NCBI GenBank assembly: GCA_020536535.1
Contig: JAHLWZ010000864.1
Span: 1 to 64,000 of the forward strand
Direction: 5' to 3'
Length of the DNA stretch: 64,000 nucleotides
Origin: Pelomyxa schiedti
Lineage: Eukaryota; Protista; Evosea
Shown: positions 43,169 to 56,796 of the stretch, one piece after another
Layout of the letters: each line of letters begins with the position of its first letter
Position numbering within the stretch: position 1 is the first letter of the stretch
Notes under the pieces: generated by a model
Database searches by the model: none
What the model was told of the DNA's origin: nothing
The model's input: only the letters and a program-made list of their open reading frames with translations
Translations under genes and position numbers: made by a program

Positions 43169-45390
43169 ATGCCGTTCCTCGAAGTATGAAAAAGAACATA
43201 AAAATCAAAACCAACAAAAAAATCAAGACAAAGATCTACGCCTACAGCAAGCCATGTCCGCATACATCGGCGCCATTGCCATCTTCTCCGTGTACCAGCT
43301 GGACAACCCGACTCAACAGAAACTAGGCACATGGTGTCTGGTGTTAAGTTCAAGGTGTCGGACCGGCAGCTGATTGCTATCGAGGAAGACGTTGTGCTGT
43401 ACACGACTGGTCATCCTGCGCCTCAACCTGGGGATGGCATCGCCGTTATTGCGGCCTTCCGAAGGCCAGCGCCCGAGTGAGCACTTTTTTTTTTTTTGTC
43501 TTAGGGTTTTTTCCTTGTCGAGTGTTGTGCAGTACAACCTACTTTGCGCGTGCATTTTCTTTGACTTATTGCTCCCACCAGGGTTGAAAAAAGAAAATTT
43601 TAGTAGTGCAGGCGTATGACGGCGTAATCTTGGATTACAATGTGATTGCTGCAGAGCCTGCGGCGAAGAACAATCTCGTGAAGGGGAATCTTGATCTCGA
43701 TGCCGCGGCGGCCCCATCTCACAAACGGTTCAGGTACATCCAAACATACATATACGATTGATTGACGGGAACAACCCTACAAAACAGAAAAATAATCTCA
43801 AGTGAGGAGATAGCAAGTCACAGGTACTGTGTTCTTGTTTGTGTGCCAAAGTCATCGCATCACACCGCATGTAGCACCGTTCTTCATGACTGCTTCACGT
43901 TCACTAATCCGGCCAATCCAGGCCCGCTACCAGCAAGCATGGAACTAGGAGATCTTCTGGCAGTATAAGTTCCAGTACCAATAGCAATGCTAAGAGCAAG
44001 AAGATTACTCCTCTGAGGGGACAGGATACCGATTTGTCTCCCGAACCCAGGTAAACCAAAAAAAAATTTTTTTTTCCTTCACACTGGGATTGACTAAGGG
44101 TCATTGGCTCCAAGAGACAACATCCTGGCTGGGCTGCCGCTGGTAACGATGGCGGTTCACTCTTACAATGTTGTTCCGACGAAGATCCAGATGATCTACT
44201 ACAGCAAGAAGAAGAAGAGGAGGAGGACGCTCTTGAAGTTGCACTTGTATCTGGGGGATACTGTTCGCCGCTCACGAAGAGACCCATGGAACGCTCAAGG
44301 CTAGTGTGCCCGTCATCGTCACCAAAGCCTGTGGCTCCTGGTCCTCCAGGACCAGCAGCAAGTCGGCCGATTGAATCAATTAAGGTTTATTCTCTTGTCA
44401 CCTTTTGGTTCATTATCACCACCTATTGATGTTTCCCGAATTAATTAATTAGATCCAAATGCACCCATTCCTTCGTTAATTTCATTTCCACTTCACTGAC
44501 TTTTGCCCATCAGGTTCCTGACGCGAATGTTGACCTGTCTTCTCTTGAACTGGGTCACGACATCAACAGATGTGCAGAGGATAGTATACAGCACATGCTT
44601 TTGTTGAATGTGTACACCATATCCAACAAACAATTCATGGCAATAGATGAACATGTATGCTGTCGTTCTTGCCACATTTCTTTTCCCTAACCACCAAGAT
44701 CAGGGAAATCAAGCAATGGTTATACTAGGCGCTGTTACCCATAACTTTGTAGAGGGGTCCGTTTACCTCGCAACGGGGTTGAAAGTCACCAAGCACAGGG
44801 GCAGTGAGACCTCTGAAGTCGAAGTCGAAGCCATTACCAATTGTGCTCCTGAGCTGAAGTCCAAGTTTGCCAAGGACAGGAAACTTGGCTTGAATGGCCT
44901 TCAGTACGCTTTGTGCACTGGGGAAAGTCTCGTTGCGGTTCAACTGAAACCTCAACGCAGAGTTGGTTTGTATCTTCACCACGTTCAAATTTTCCTGCTG
45001 ACTCTTTTTTTTCGACAGATTGGATGGTGAAGATTGTGGGACACACCGCAAAAAGCAACCAATACACGGTTCTTTTTGAAGATGGTACTAAGAAATACAT
45101 CCACATCACCAATGAGGCCCTGCAAGCTCTCAACAAGCACACGCGCCGCAAGTGTTACCAGCTGGAGGTAGGTAGGTGATGTTGTCATCGCAATCATGGC
45201 AAGCTGCGGTTACTTGCCGAGGTCTCCTGCAAACGGACCAGGTTTGGTTTCCCAGTCCCACAACATCACACAATACTGAGCTACTGCAAGATTACGTTGC
45301 ACTCTGTGATGGAAAAACCATCCTCAGGCTCGTCGACCAAAGGGAGGACAGGGACTGCCCTGGGGCTCAAGAACTGAGGCTACTGTAGCG
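43169..45390 (+). CDS. One or two multi-exon hypothetical genes; structure unresolved
   Basis: Several open exons with GT-AG boundaries (e.g. VPDANVDLSSLELGHDINRC..., DWMVKIVGHTAKSNQYTVLFEDG). I could not thread a single consistent frame. Confidence 0.35.
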
Positions 45391-46434
45391 GTGGTGCCAA
45401 GGCCCCCTAAACCAAAACCAAAACCAAACAAACTACAAGAAGTGTCTTCAAGTAAACGAAACCCCTGCGATAGTCTAGAAAACAAACTTGTTTTTTTGTG
45501 TGACACTATGGGGACAAAACAGAAAATTTTTTCTTCTGTGTTTACAATCTACTTCGTCATTCTCGAATTTATCAAGCGTCATTATAGTAATTTCACTAGC
45601 ATCTTCCCCGTGCTACTCCTATGCAATGTTGTCTTCGCTGGCATGCTGTGGGACCTTTTTGACATGATATGTGATCAGCTGGCTTTTAAGCAGCTATAAA
45701 AAACTCACCTTTTGTGGGAAAGAGAGGAGGATTGACTTAGCCTCCTTCAATAGAGTAGCAACAACAGTCATTTTGCTCATCAACGTATCCATAAGAGTCC
45801 CAGTTCCTGGTGCCTTTTATTTAGTCAGTACTATTCAGGGTTTTTTTGTTGTGTTATTGCTTGCTTTTGCCCACAACCAAAAAAAAAAAAAAAAAAAAAT
45901 TACCTTTGTCTTGCATATTGCCTCGAGTTCAGCCGCGTCCCTTGCGAAATCAGATAGCAACTTCACAACGGCACTCATTGCATCGTCGGCTCCCTCCATC
46001 TTTCCAGTGTGTTTGCTTGTTTATTGGCTTTGTAGAAACACTCCTCCATTGACACTTAAAACACATTATTTGTCATGCTCACGTGTGCCATTTGTTTCGT
46101 CATGGTCACCTCAGCCGTTTCCGGTGTTTTTTTCCTCACATGTCATTGCCGTTTGGCCTTTTGAAACAGCCAAAAAAAAAACTAAAACGACTTGGTTTTT
46201 CTTTTTCCTTTTCTCTTTCAGTGCGTAGGTGTTGCGCTTCGCGATGAATTTCTCTTCTGGAAGTGTTCCCCTGTGCCCCTCGGTCGGTGATGTGTCAGGA
46301 AGCCCCGGGTCGTTGACGTTCCCATCCTAATGCACATTCATCATTGTGGGGCAGGTGCTCTTTGGCACAAACGGTGGTTTTTGGTTGGTTTGGTGACATT
46401 GTGTTAGTCCGCTAGTGGATTGAGATTGTTCAAA

Positions 46435-47578
46435 ATGAGTGAGAGGATACTGTTACCGTTTTGTCAATGGCATAGTGCCTAGCCCAAATCGGCATGCTGC
46501 AGGAGTGCCTGATTAGAGGCACCATCCAGAAATATGCCGTAAGTTTCGTATTGTGATTTAAATCTGGTGGCACCTTATAATGATACAGGGTAAATTCCTT
46601 CAAAGACATCAGGTGTTAGTGGCACAGTAGTAGAAGAGCAGCCGCCGAAGTGCGTCATACTTGATACTGGAATTCAATGAGATTCGTATAGTCAAAATTT
46701 TCTTTGGTACCTTTTGATTTTGTTTCTAATGCGTTTGCTTTTTCACATTCCTCTCTCAAGATGTTGTAATCACAACAACAATCTGTCTTAGTGAAGCAAT
46801 TGATATCATTTGGAAGGAAATAAAACTTCTTGATAAAAATTTTCCTCACAATCGCTCCTGGTAGCGATAGGTGAGTGCGGACAACTGGAAGTCAGTTTTG
46901 GGTAATGCACCCACTGATCGTACAGGTAGTCTTCAGTTGAAACTACACTGAGGAGCACACTAGCATGGTTCCACTGAAGCAAATATATGGGGTGATCCCA
47001 ATGCAGCAAGATGACCTGATTTGAATATAAGTTCACACACACAACTTGCTGTTTTTTCCTCTTCTGCCTGCTTCACATCGTTGTTATTGAAATATCACCA
47101 GATTTGAATACAAATAGACCTATTCACTTCTGTAGGTTTGTTTTGGCAGTTTGGTGTTGTGGATGGATGTGCTGACCTCTGCAGCATAGCTTTGGACTGT
47201 AAACATGATCACTTTCTGTATTGTAATATGTGCAATGAAGAGTCTTTCAGATCAATCCTTTTGTTGGTTATTACTGCAACCTTTGGGACCGTGACCTTAC
47301 GTTATAGCCAGTACCCTGGTTTTCATTGGGCCAACCCAAGTCAATATACTTCTAGAGTCGTAGTGATTGTAATTGAAAATCCACCAATCAACCAGAGTAA
47401 CAATGGGGGGGAGCAACACTGGAACGCACGCGGAATGACTACATTTCCCTATGAAGCCATGGTCATTTACAGTGACAGCACTTCGAGGGAACCAGACAGA
47501 GTCTGCCGATTTCTCAGTAATAGTAAGTCCGCACATCTTCATTGGCCTTCTCTCCCGGTTGACTTGTCATCACAATAA
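46435..47578 (+). CDS. Possible multi-exon hypothetical gene
   Basis: 146-codon open frame at 47138-47578 and intron-like segments upstream. The model is not resolved. Confidence 0.25.
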
Positions 47579-48030
47579 GCCATTATTACATGAAATGACC
47601 AGAGAAGGAAAGGCTTTCCCCCGCATAGCTACGATTATGGGAACACAAGGGAGCACCTTGGGCCCCGAGTTGTTGGCACCGCCGAGGAAACTCAGGGCCA
47701 CCAATTTGGCCTCCAGCGCACGATCAGGCAAAGGAGTGAGTTCGTGAACGAAAAGAAATGGGTCAAAAATACTCAACAACACCCACGCTTTCATGCCTTA
47801 CCTTTTTTTGATACTCAAACCAGTAGAAATTACCGGAAACACACAAACCAAAAAGAAACACTCAAGTTGGTTCAAACGGGAAAGGCGCCTTTCGGGATTA
47901 CTATGTATGTGGTTGTTGTGGTCGCTGTTGGCTTCAACACAATTCTTCCTTGGTTGGCGCAGCAGGTGAACCAACAACCGCAAGACTGACATGCCTTCAT
48001 CATTGTTATTTTTCCTTTCTTTTTTGCTTG

Positions 48031-49817
48031 ATGTTGTTGCTAATCGTGTTGGTACTGGTATCGTCGTCATTGGTTAGTGTGCAGCAACCTTACCCAGGGC
48101 TCTGTTGGTTTTTTTGCGCAAGAAGTCTGACACAGAATGTTGGATCTATGAAAATGACGATCCTTATCAAGTATGTACTTCTGGATACTATTTTTCCGTT
48201 TGAGTAAACTTCGAAGTTAGTGAATTGCAGGTTATTGATTCAATCTGTGCCGTTTGTTTATGACACTCTCATTGATTGGATTTCTGGCCTTACAGCTAGA
48301 TAGCTATCTTTATGCGGCAAATGTTTTTCAGTTTGGGGAGGTCTCAGATGACGATACAAAATATGTGGCCAGCTTTCAACCTCCTTTTGATAACGTTGAG
48401 TTATCCAATGTTCTCTACCCTGAGAGTATGCAGTCATTACCCAAGGAAGACCTGATCTCTTATTTTAAAGGATGTATTTTGTTCAGGCATATCTATGACT
48501 AAAATTCACGACCACTTTTTGTCAAGTTCACAATTCGGACCGAATTCAGGTTCTTGTGTTGCAATTCAGATGTTGCCTTACATAAGAATGCTGCAGCTTT
48601 TGTAGTAAAGGCCATTAATATAACACACAATGTGAACTATATCAATATATATCATCTAAGTAGCTGAAAGGAAAGCTAAACAGGTGTAATACTCACCCAA
48701 AACTACAAATTTCATAACAATTTACCTTCTGGAGCAATTGGGATTGGGACTCTGGTCTATCAGTCAAACACAGGTCAGCCAACCCCCATCAGTAGATAGA
48801 TACATTGGCAATAATGTATCAACCACTATACCTCACCCCTGTGAGAGGTGATCACCTAAATGAATCACAACAACAACAAATGTACACCAATATGTAATAT
48901 CTTTTCGTGAACCAAATAAGTGGTTGGCCCCATAATCTTCCAAAGGTACAATCTATGCTGAAATACACACTCACTTGCGCCAGTTTGTTCCGGCCGCGCA
49001 TATGTTCTTACCTTGGAGCACACCAGAGGTACAAATACGGAATCAGATTATAATGCATAACAAACTGCAGAACCTTGAAATACTTGACAGTTCTGATGAC
49101 AGCACACATCCAGATTAGTTTCAACAGCACAAGGTTGCTTTCTAACCGGTCATCATCCTAGGAAGCCTGCTGGCAGTGATGGACACCCAAAACAGCATTT
49201 ACTGGATATAAGTACTGCTATTTTTACTGTACACTCTATCAATGTATGAGCGACAATCTTGGCATGCATCAACTGGCAAAAATGATGCTATCCCAGCAGG
49301 TGTATGTTGAAGCTGAACATGCCTTCAACAGTTGGTTTTAACAATACCAACTCACTAGTGCTTACCACAAGTACTTAGCAGATGTACATTCCCGTAACTG
49401 GAACTAAATTCAAAGGTTTGCTGTTGTCTCTCGTAATGCATTTCAGTAACCTTAAACTTGCAGTGGACAAAAGCGGCGACTTGGTGGCTGTAGCTCCGTT
49501 ACCAGAATGCGGACTATAACACTTACTTTGAAAATGTGCTTGCCTTACAATACGAAACTTTCGGCATATTTCTGGATTGTACTATCCATTCAGTCACCTT
49601 CAAAGTCCATTCTTCTGAACTTCCACTGGACTCACGCGTTCACTCTTTTCAGATTCTCGTAACTTTGTCCTAATGCTAAAAATAGCCACCTTTTTTCTTC
49701 TACTTTGGTGCTTTGGTGATGGTGTACAGCTATTTATTATGGTCACGCGATCGAGGAACCCATCATCCCCATTTCTTGTGTTCGAAACACCCGCGTATCC
49801 ATGAATTCTACTGTTGA
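48031..49817 (+). CDS. Possible secreted or single-pass membrane protein (hypothetical)
   Basis: Hydrophobic start MLLLIVLVLVSSSLVSV, short exons, and a late hydrophobic segment FFFYFGALVMVYSYLLWS. The exon chain is not fully resolved. Confidence 0.3.
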
Positions 49818-51949
49818 ATATTCTGGCCTTGGTGATGTACAATACTTGTGCTGTACCGCTTGCATGATTTAATACGTCTTAAAAAGAAAATACCAGTCAA
49901 TAACTTCTTAGGTTTGGCGGCAGTGAACTGATCCAAAACTCCTGTCAAGTTGTTACAAGCAGGAACCTTTCACATTGGAAAAGCATGCACGCAATGAGAA
50001 GGAAGCGCGGAAACTGCTGGACTGATATTATCACACAGACTGATAGGTGTTTCAATATTGATGGACCTCTTCTGTAATTCCCTCCTGATAGGGGAGTCCA
50101 CATAGTCTTGATATTGAAAGTTGTGTGCCTGAAGGCTCAGGACAAATCTTGTAAAGTCTTGGCTTGATATTGGTCAGACATTCCCATAGATTCGTGAATT
50201 GTACAAGAGACTCGCCATACCGTTTCATCTCTTTTATTTCACCGATTTTTGCCACATCCCTTGTCTTCCCATGGAGCAGACCCCCCTTTGAGAAAGTTCT
50301 GGCAACCCACGTGCTTTTCAGTTCCATTTCCGGGCTTCATGCAGCTTGCTACTGTGACCCACTGCTGCGATTTACCAAGTATCTCCAAAGAAACTCCTCT
50401 TCCAGCAGATAAAAGCTATGGGGAATCTGTTTCCCAGAATGTAACTTTTTTCATTTGATATTTGGATTTTAACTTTTGCTTTCTAGCTCCAAAAACAACA
50501 TTGACGAGATTGAGGGTTTCCATTCAGGTCAAGTTCCTTTTTTTCCTAAGCAAAACGTTAACCAAGTGGTCAAACGTGCCACAGCTCCTCACCTTGCGAA
50601 TTTCATTGAAGTGCGGTAGTGTTCAGCAGAGATGCAATACACCAGGACATTTTCGTGTGCAAAACGAAGTGGTTCGAGCAGCATCCGCTGCCTCAACCTC
50701 AGGAGCATGATATCGTAAAAGTAAACAAAGCTGGCAAGCCTCAGGTTTACACATTTACGCTTTATACACGAATATCGCAGTAATCAGGAAATGATACGCC
50801 GTACATTTCTCAATATCAACAGTGAATTAACTAATGCAAAGCACCAGATAAAGACTGACACAGATCGCGGAATAGAGAATGCAATTCTGGATGCATCTTC
50901 TCCAGATACATTATTGCTAAAATTACGGGTGTGCAGCATCCAATCCTCTCACTCACAACTAAACAAGCCAAGAGAATCAACATGGAGCAACATAAGTTAT
51001 TTAAGAATTGCGTAAATGGTGGCACAGAGTGTGTTGTTTCGAGCCTGTCCATATGGCACATACTGCAGCTACATGTGGGAGTCCCAATAGCAACTGCAAG
51101 CACCAATTGCAAAGTCGCGCCAACTTGACCAGAACCCGCCTCAAGTGCTATGCAACATCATGATGGTGGGTGAGCTGACGATGCGACCCTGGGACTCAGT
51201 TACTGAGCTGTGTCCAGTGATGCCAAGCATTCGTTCATATATGCAGAGCCTGTCAAAGTATCAACATGTTTTTGAGAATTTCAAGTTCAACGATGCTGTA
51301 TATTTTTCCAAACAATAAGTTGGCTCTCCGAATCAATGTGCGGGAGCTGTTGCTGATTGAATTTCGTTGGGTCAATCAACTGATATTTGTCGCAGAGAAT
51401 CTTTGCACCACTTAGGGGTCTACATAACTCTTCTTTTGCTCTTTGGTGGTGAAATCTCTAGAGCTCCTCTTTGACATGGAGGGTCATGCACGCACTCTGC
51501 TGAATTCTACGAGAAGCTTGTTAGAGATTCACGGCAGCTGTAATTAAAAACTTCAGGGAAATTACCTCACATGCACCCCCAGCACGAGGTATCACTTTTT
51601 CAGATATTCTTGGGCGATCCCCTGCCTCAAACTGTCAATGCAAACACTCAAGTAAATGACCCATTGAAACAAAAAGGGGCCAAGCACAAAAAAGCACTGA
51701 ATCGACCCTTTAGGGCGCAATGCTGTACTACATCAAAGACCACAAGGATTGTGCGTGCAATGTAAGTGTGGGTATGGCAATCCCTTAGCAACAATGCCCA
51801 TCCCTCCACCACCAAAGGCCTGCCCTGCAAGCGCTCGAGCACCCCCAAAAGCAACTCCTCCCTCCACTGCAATTCGGATTCCACACTGATGCCTTCAAAA
51901 ATTCCGAAGACCCCCTTAACGGCAACAGAAAAAGCAACATCCAACAAAA

Positions 51950-52382
51950 CCACTCCTTGTGCTTTGCCCTCTACTGCTACGGGCTAGTAGTGTGTCAGCT
52001 TACTCAAGGTTTCCCTCCACTGTACATTGTTTAAGCCAACCTCACATTAACACGGCAGGAAAGCCACTGTGCCAACTCAAGGTGTACCGAGAGATCCAGT
52101 AATCGCCCTCAAAATCACCCTCACTGTGAGCTTTATGTCCCTGTCATCAAAGGGCATTGGCGAGACGCCGGTTTACCTTGGAGCATCAGTATTCTTTGCA
52201 CTCCAGGAAGCCGTCACCCCGCAAGGTTACTAACTGCTATTAATATAAACACATACTTCTAGTATCTAACACCCACCAGGAGAGACGAAGGAATCACTGG
52301 GTTCTATCCACTTCCGCATCCGACAACGTGTGAGCACATCCGTGACTCTATCACTGACATGACCCCAAATGGTCTGTATTGA
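51950..52382 (+). pseudogene. Xanthine dehydrogenase / aldehyde oxidase C-terminal fragment
   Basis: SSKGIGETPVYLGASVFFALQEAV and FYPLPHPTTCEHIRDSI match the XDH C-terminus (SKAVGEPPLFLAAS, PATPE). The upstream molybdopterin domains were not recognised. Confidence 0.65.
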
Positions 52383-52715
52383 TGGTTGTTTGTATCTTGC
52401 TACTAACAACACAACCCAGGAGGACCATCATGGTGCTTGTATGAGTTCACACCACTGACATCCTCATCCAATCCACCACCACTCCTTGATTGTAATCACT
52501 CCACAAATTAGATCCTCAATTTTTTTTCTTCTTGTGAGAAACCAATGTATGGAACACGGCACCGATAAGCTTTGCGGCACAGACGCATCTCTGGGCTTGG
52601 GGCATGCAATAATGGGAACAGCGGCGATGAATGAGACGAGCCCCGAGCACAACGAATGGGCGCACGAGTGGAGTGAGGACGAGGAAACACAACAACTCGA
52701 GGAGGAGTGGGGAAA

Positions 52716-53930
52716 ATGAGGACGAGGCACATGTGGGTTGATCCTAGTCCCAACGGTGGGCCTCCTAAGCAACTGGTAACGATCCACTATAAAATTGATA
52801 TCTAATCATCTCTGAATTCCATCATTTGGCACAGCAAAAAGTTCGTGGACGTTTGATTCTGGAACAGGGCAGTATTATATGCACTCCTTCACGCCAGATC
52901 AACCAGATCCCAACTGGGGATGCCAAGTGCTGGTTCACGCTATGCACGCTTTGATGCGCGGCTGGATTGGCATTGATGGTTTTTTCGGCTGGATGCAATT
53001 AGCTTTTTAGTCAAAGTAAACACATCCTCTTTTCAAGATTTTCTAAAATATTGGCAAGGATGACCAGTTACGAGATGAACAATTAACCCGGAATGGAAGC
53101 CAGGGATGATTTATATTTCACGACTTCTCCATACAGGAACATAAAATCTCCCTCAGGTTAGGTGTCCTCTGAGTGGGTGCCCATGCACCCACAGTATCAG
53201 GTTCATGACGTTATAAAAGGATTCCGACGTGTTTTCGCATCTCACGGATGGGACAAAGTGTTGATGGGTGAGCTATGGTTCCCTATAGAGACAGCTACAA
53301 GGTTTTATGGTGCTCCTATTGTTTGGCAGTGCAAGACAAGTGAAAGTTATGCCAAGTTCGATGAGAACAATTCAGAAGACGACATTACTGAGCACTATGA
53401 CTATGATGAATGCCATCTACCAATGATATGTCGCTGGTTGATTCTGTTGTCAACCCAGAGAATATAGAAGCAACAATTGAGGAATATATTGCTGGCATAC
53501 TAGAGTTGAAGAAACGCAAAGGTTCAGTATTAATTTCCTTTCAGACTGGCAAACCAAATACAGAGTGGGCCACATCAGCCCCAAACTGGACCATTGGCAT
53601 AGCCTCACGGGTGGGCCCAATGTGGCCACTGTAATCATGCTCGAATTGACCCTTCCAGGAACTTGCTTCATCTATAATGGTGACAAATTGGGACATCAAG
53701 ATGGGGACTTCCCTGACTCTATGATTAAGGTAGACCTACATCCTGATCCTGCATACAAACAGTATCCCTGCGCAGTACCAATGAAGGTTACATGGGAAAT
53801 AAACTTATAAACTTACCTGTACTGCACAGAAGCGAGATATACTGGAAGATTCCCACTTCACTTTCTTACTCTGAATTCCTCTTGCTAAAACAATTCCTCG
53901 CTGAAGCAGGCGCTGCTGTGGGTGTCTTCT
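52716..53930 (+). pseudogene. GH13 alpha-glucosidase / oligo-1,6-glucosidase pseudogene, N-terminus absent
   Basis: MWVDPSPNGGPP, WTFDSGTGQYYMHSFTPDQPDPNW, GIDGF+RLDAISFL (frameshift in the T run), VLMGELW, ECHLP and LTLPGTCFIYNGDKLG. The conserved NHD motif is deleted (WTIG-IASRVG) and there are several frameshifts. Confidence 0.85.
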
Positions 53931-54446
53931 AATGGCAAATGATCCCGGCACTTGGGTCTATCTCAAGTTCTCTCAATTCTTATCCTTGATTTTATCCTAA
54001 TGTTTATCAGGTATTCATTTACAGGCAAGAGCAACCCAGGGATACCCTTTTCCTGTTGATCTTTATTTAAACTGACCCTTCTACCTGGAGAGTTACAGCT
54101 TGGATTCTGCACACGCAAAAAAAAAAAGCTTTAACAAAAAGTTCTTCAAGTTCTTTTCTACTTCTTTAGACCAAAACAACACCGCCAGTGTCGTAGACAT
54201 CCCTTCAAGCAAGGATCAACAAACAGGAAGAGCACAATAGGTGACGTCAGTGAACTCTGCAGCATGATGATAACCAGAGTAAATGAGGAAGAGCGAAGAA
54301 AGTGAGTGTCATTACTTCCACCAACTGAAAGAAAATTTGAGTATGGGGATAGTTCAGCTACTGTAATGCCTCAAAGACCTAGATTGGGGGTTGGTGTTGT
54401 GAGTAGTCGATGAAGGAAACCTGGCCAATGTAGCAGCCACACATTC

Positions 54447-55974
54447 TCATAGACCTGTAGTGCACTGTCTGGCTGCATATCTGATACCTACTATGGGTTG
54501 AATGGAAGGAGGGCATCCTGGAGAACACCCTACTGTTGATAATGGTGGAATGGAGACCAGAGAGGAACTCATTGTACCGGCTAGTGACTTTTCATATGAT
54601 GTAACATAACCAGCAGAACTCAACGCCAGTAAAGTGAGGAGGGTCCAACATATGTAGTGTTTCTTTGGATGTGACACTTACTCATAGCACGAGAGGGTTC
54701 CAAACAAACAGCTGGATATGTCAGACAAATTGCCCCAAGTGGCACTTGATTGGGAAATTCGTCCTGTGAGTAAAGGTGTCCCAAAGTNNNNNNNNNNNNN
54801 NNNNNNNNNNNNNNNNNNNNNNNNNNNNNNNNNNNNNNNNNNNNNNNNNNNNNNNNNNNNNNNNNNNNNNNNNNNNNNNNNNNNNNNGGATGTGACACTT
54901 ACTCATAGCACGAGAGGGTTCCAAACAAACAGCTGGATATGTCAGACAAATTGCCCCAAGTGGCACTTGATTGGGAAATTCGTCCTGTGAGTAAAGGTGT
55001 CCCAAAGTTTCTTTGCCTCAGTGTGAGGAGCTCCAAAAACTCCTGCCAAATGGAAAGAGGTTTCCATTTTGTTAAGTCCAACAAATTTGGTTGGGTTTGC
55101 TCCTTTAAGTGCCAGTTAGCTTTCAGAAACCTTGATATTCATTGTGTAATAATTCATAACTTGCTTGATTTCCCGCTTACACTTCAGTGAAAGAAGGCAT
55201 TTCTGAAGTGGTTACAGTTTCTTGTTCAGTTATACTTCAAAGCAGACACTTTGGGAAGCTGCTGAGTAACTTCATGGAGAGTCACGCCACATAATTTCCT
55301 TTTCCATTCTCCTTGAGGGAACTTGGGGAATACAAGTATGTGCTAATGCAGGTTCCCTTGCAGTTAATAGACTAAAACTTGTGACCTGTGTCCTAGGTCG
55401 TTAAACAATTGCACAATCCATTGTGCAATTTCTTCTGAGTGAAAGAGAAAACACATAGTGGAAAGAAAGAATCATAACCATCCCTTGGAATAATTTTGGA
55501 ACAACAATCGTCAAAATATCCTATTGGCGTCTTTATTGTCGGGCAAATGCAGGTGCCCACTGGCACCTATGCCCAGAAGAATGATGAACGTAACTTGGAT
55601 AGAGGGACCATGGGGATAGGGACCAGCAAAACCCAGCAGGAAGGCGCTCCCAGTGTGTGACGACCATCACTGGGCGCGTGGAGCCGTCTCCCCTACAAAG
55701 ACAAGTAAGCACAGTTATAACTAGCAGGGAAAAAAAAAAAAAGATACATAGGAACACGGTTAAGAAATGCTCTGATTACGCCCACAGTATCGCCGGGATC
55801 AGGGGGCCCGCCAGTGGTGTAAAAAATGGTGTCGATGGGGGGAAGGCGCATTGGAACACTGAGTGCCATGTTTATTTTGATGGCATCGACGATGTGCCTG
55901 CGCCCCGGATCGTTGGGGACAGGGTTGACGAGCTCCTGGAGCGCCACAACTTCGAGAAGGCCGACGTAGTCCAT
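54447..55974 (-). CDS. Multi-exon hypothetical gene
   Basis: ATG at 55974 after a CAA-rich leader. A GT-AG intron joins ...RAFLNRVPM / GDGSTRPVMVVTHWERLP in frame. Downstream exons are uncertain. Confidence 0.35.
54667..55008. other. Scaffold gap with 121-bp duplicated flanks (assembly artefact)
   Basis: 54667-54787 is identical to 54888-55008 on either side of 100 N. Confidence 0.9.
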
Positions 55975-56796
55975 GTGTTGTTGAGTGTTGTCCAATTGTT
56001 TTGTTGCCTTGTTGAGTTTTTTGTTTTCTTTTCCTCCTCCTTGTTAATACATCCGTGCTCTGAATTATGAGTAAGCAACAACCAATACAAATTAGGCTTT
56101 TTCCGACTGTTTCCCAAAGGGCTCCCTCTTTCATCAATCTTGTAGTTCTGTCCACTGGTAAAAGGCACAAGAGGCTCCTCGTTTGTCTTTGGTATCTGTG
56201 TGGCATAAGATAATATGTTTGCTGGGCCACAGAGCGAAGCCAGTTTTGCTTTGCTGTGCAGGTTTATGAATTCAATCGTGGGAAAACCGGGTAACTCAGG
56301 AGTCCCACGGCTCACATTCCGGGATGAAAATCGTTGAATCTTGTTCCAACTGAAACAATACATACAACACATACTCACGATTTATTCAATAACAGAAACA
56401 CAGCTTTAATAATACTGCGAGGAAGCACATTGTTGCCACCATTTACGCTATCGTTGACTCAAAGGAATCGCTGACAACCCGTTGTCCTCCTCTTTGGTGC
56501 CTTTATTTCTAGAAAGAAATGAATTTGGAGATCTTACAGGTTAGACAAAAAGCAGGGCAGGGAAGTGGTGCAACGGTGGGAGCTGAATTTTCCTGGGTGC
56601 AAGTGGTGCCCCCACCACGAAGCTTTTACTCCAAATACAAAAGGAAAAAAAAAGGGAGTACTTCTCATGAACATGAGGTGGTAGGCACGAGGTATCGATA
56701 TCGATGATGGAGCAGGTGGTGAGGATTTTCCAGTCACAGGCTGCAAGAAGACGCGCTTGGGGACAATTTTGCCGGGTTCAGCTGGGGTCAAAATCA

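Noticed and set aside
44725-45051. 108-aa minus-strand ORF
   Set aside because: Plus-strand splice signals fit better; probably a shadow frame.
50052-50327. 91-aa minus-strand ORF in the fragment-rich zone
   Set aside because: No motif or splice context recognised; cannot assign.
54667-55008. 121-bp direct repeat around Ns
   Set aside because: Same artefact as at 11.5 kb.
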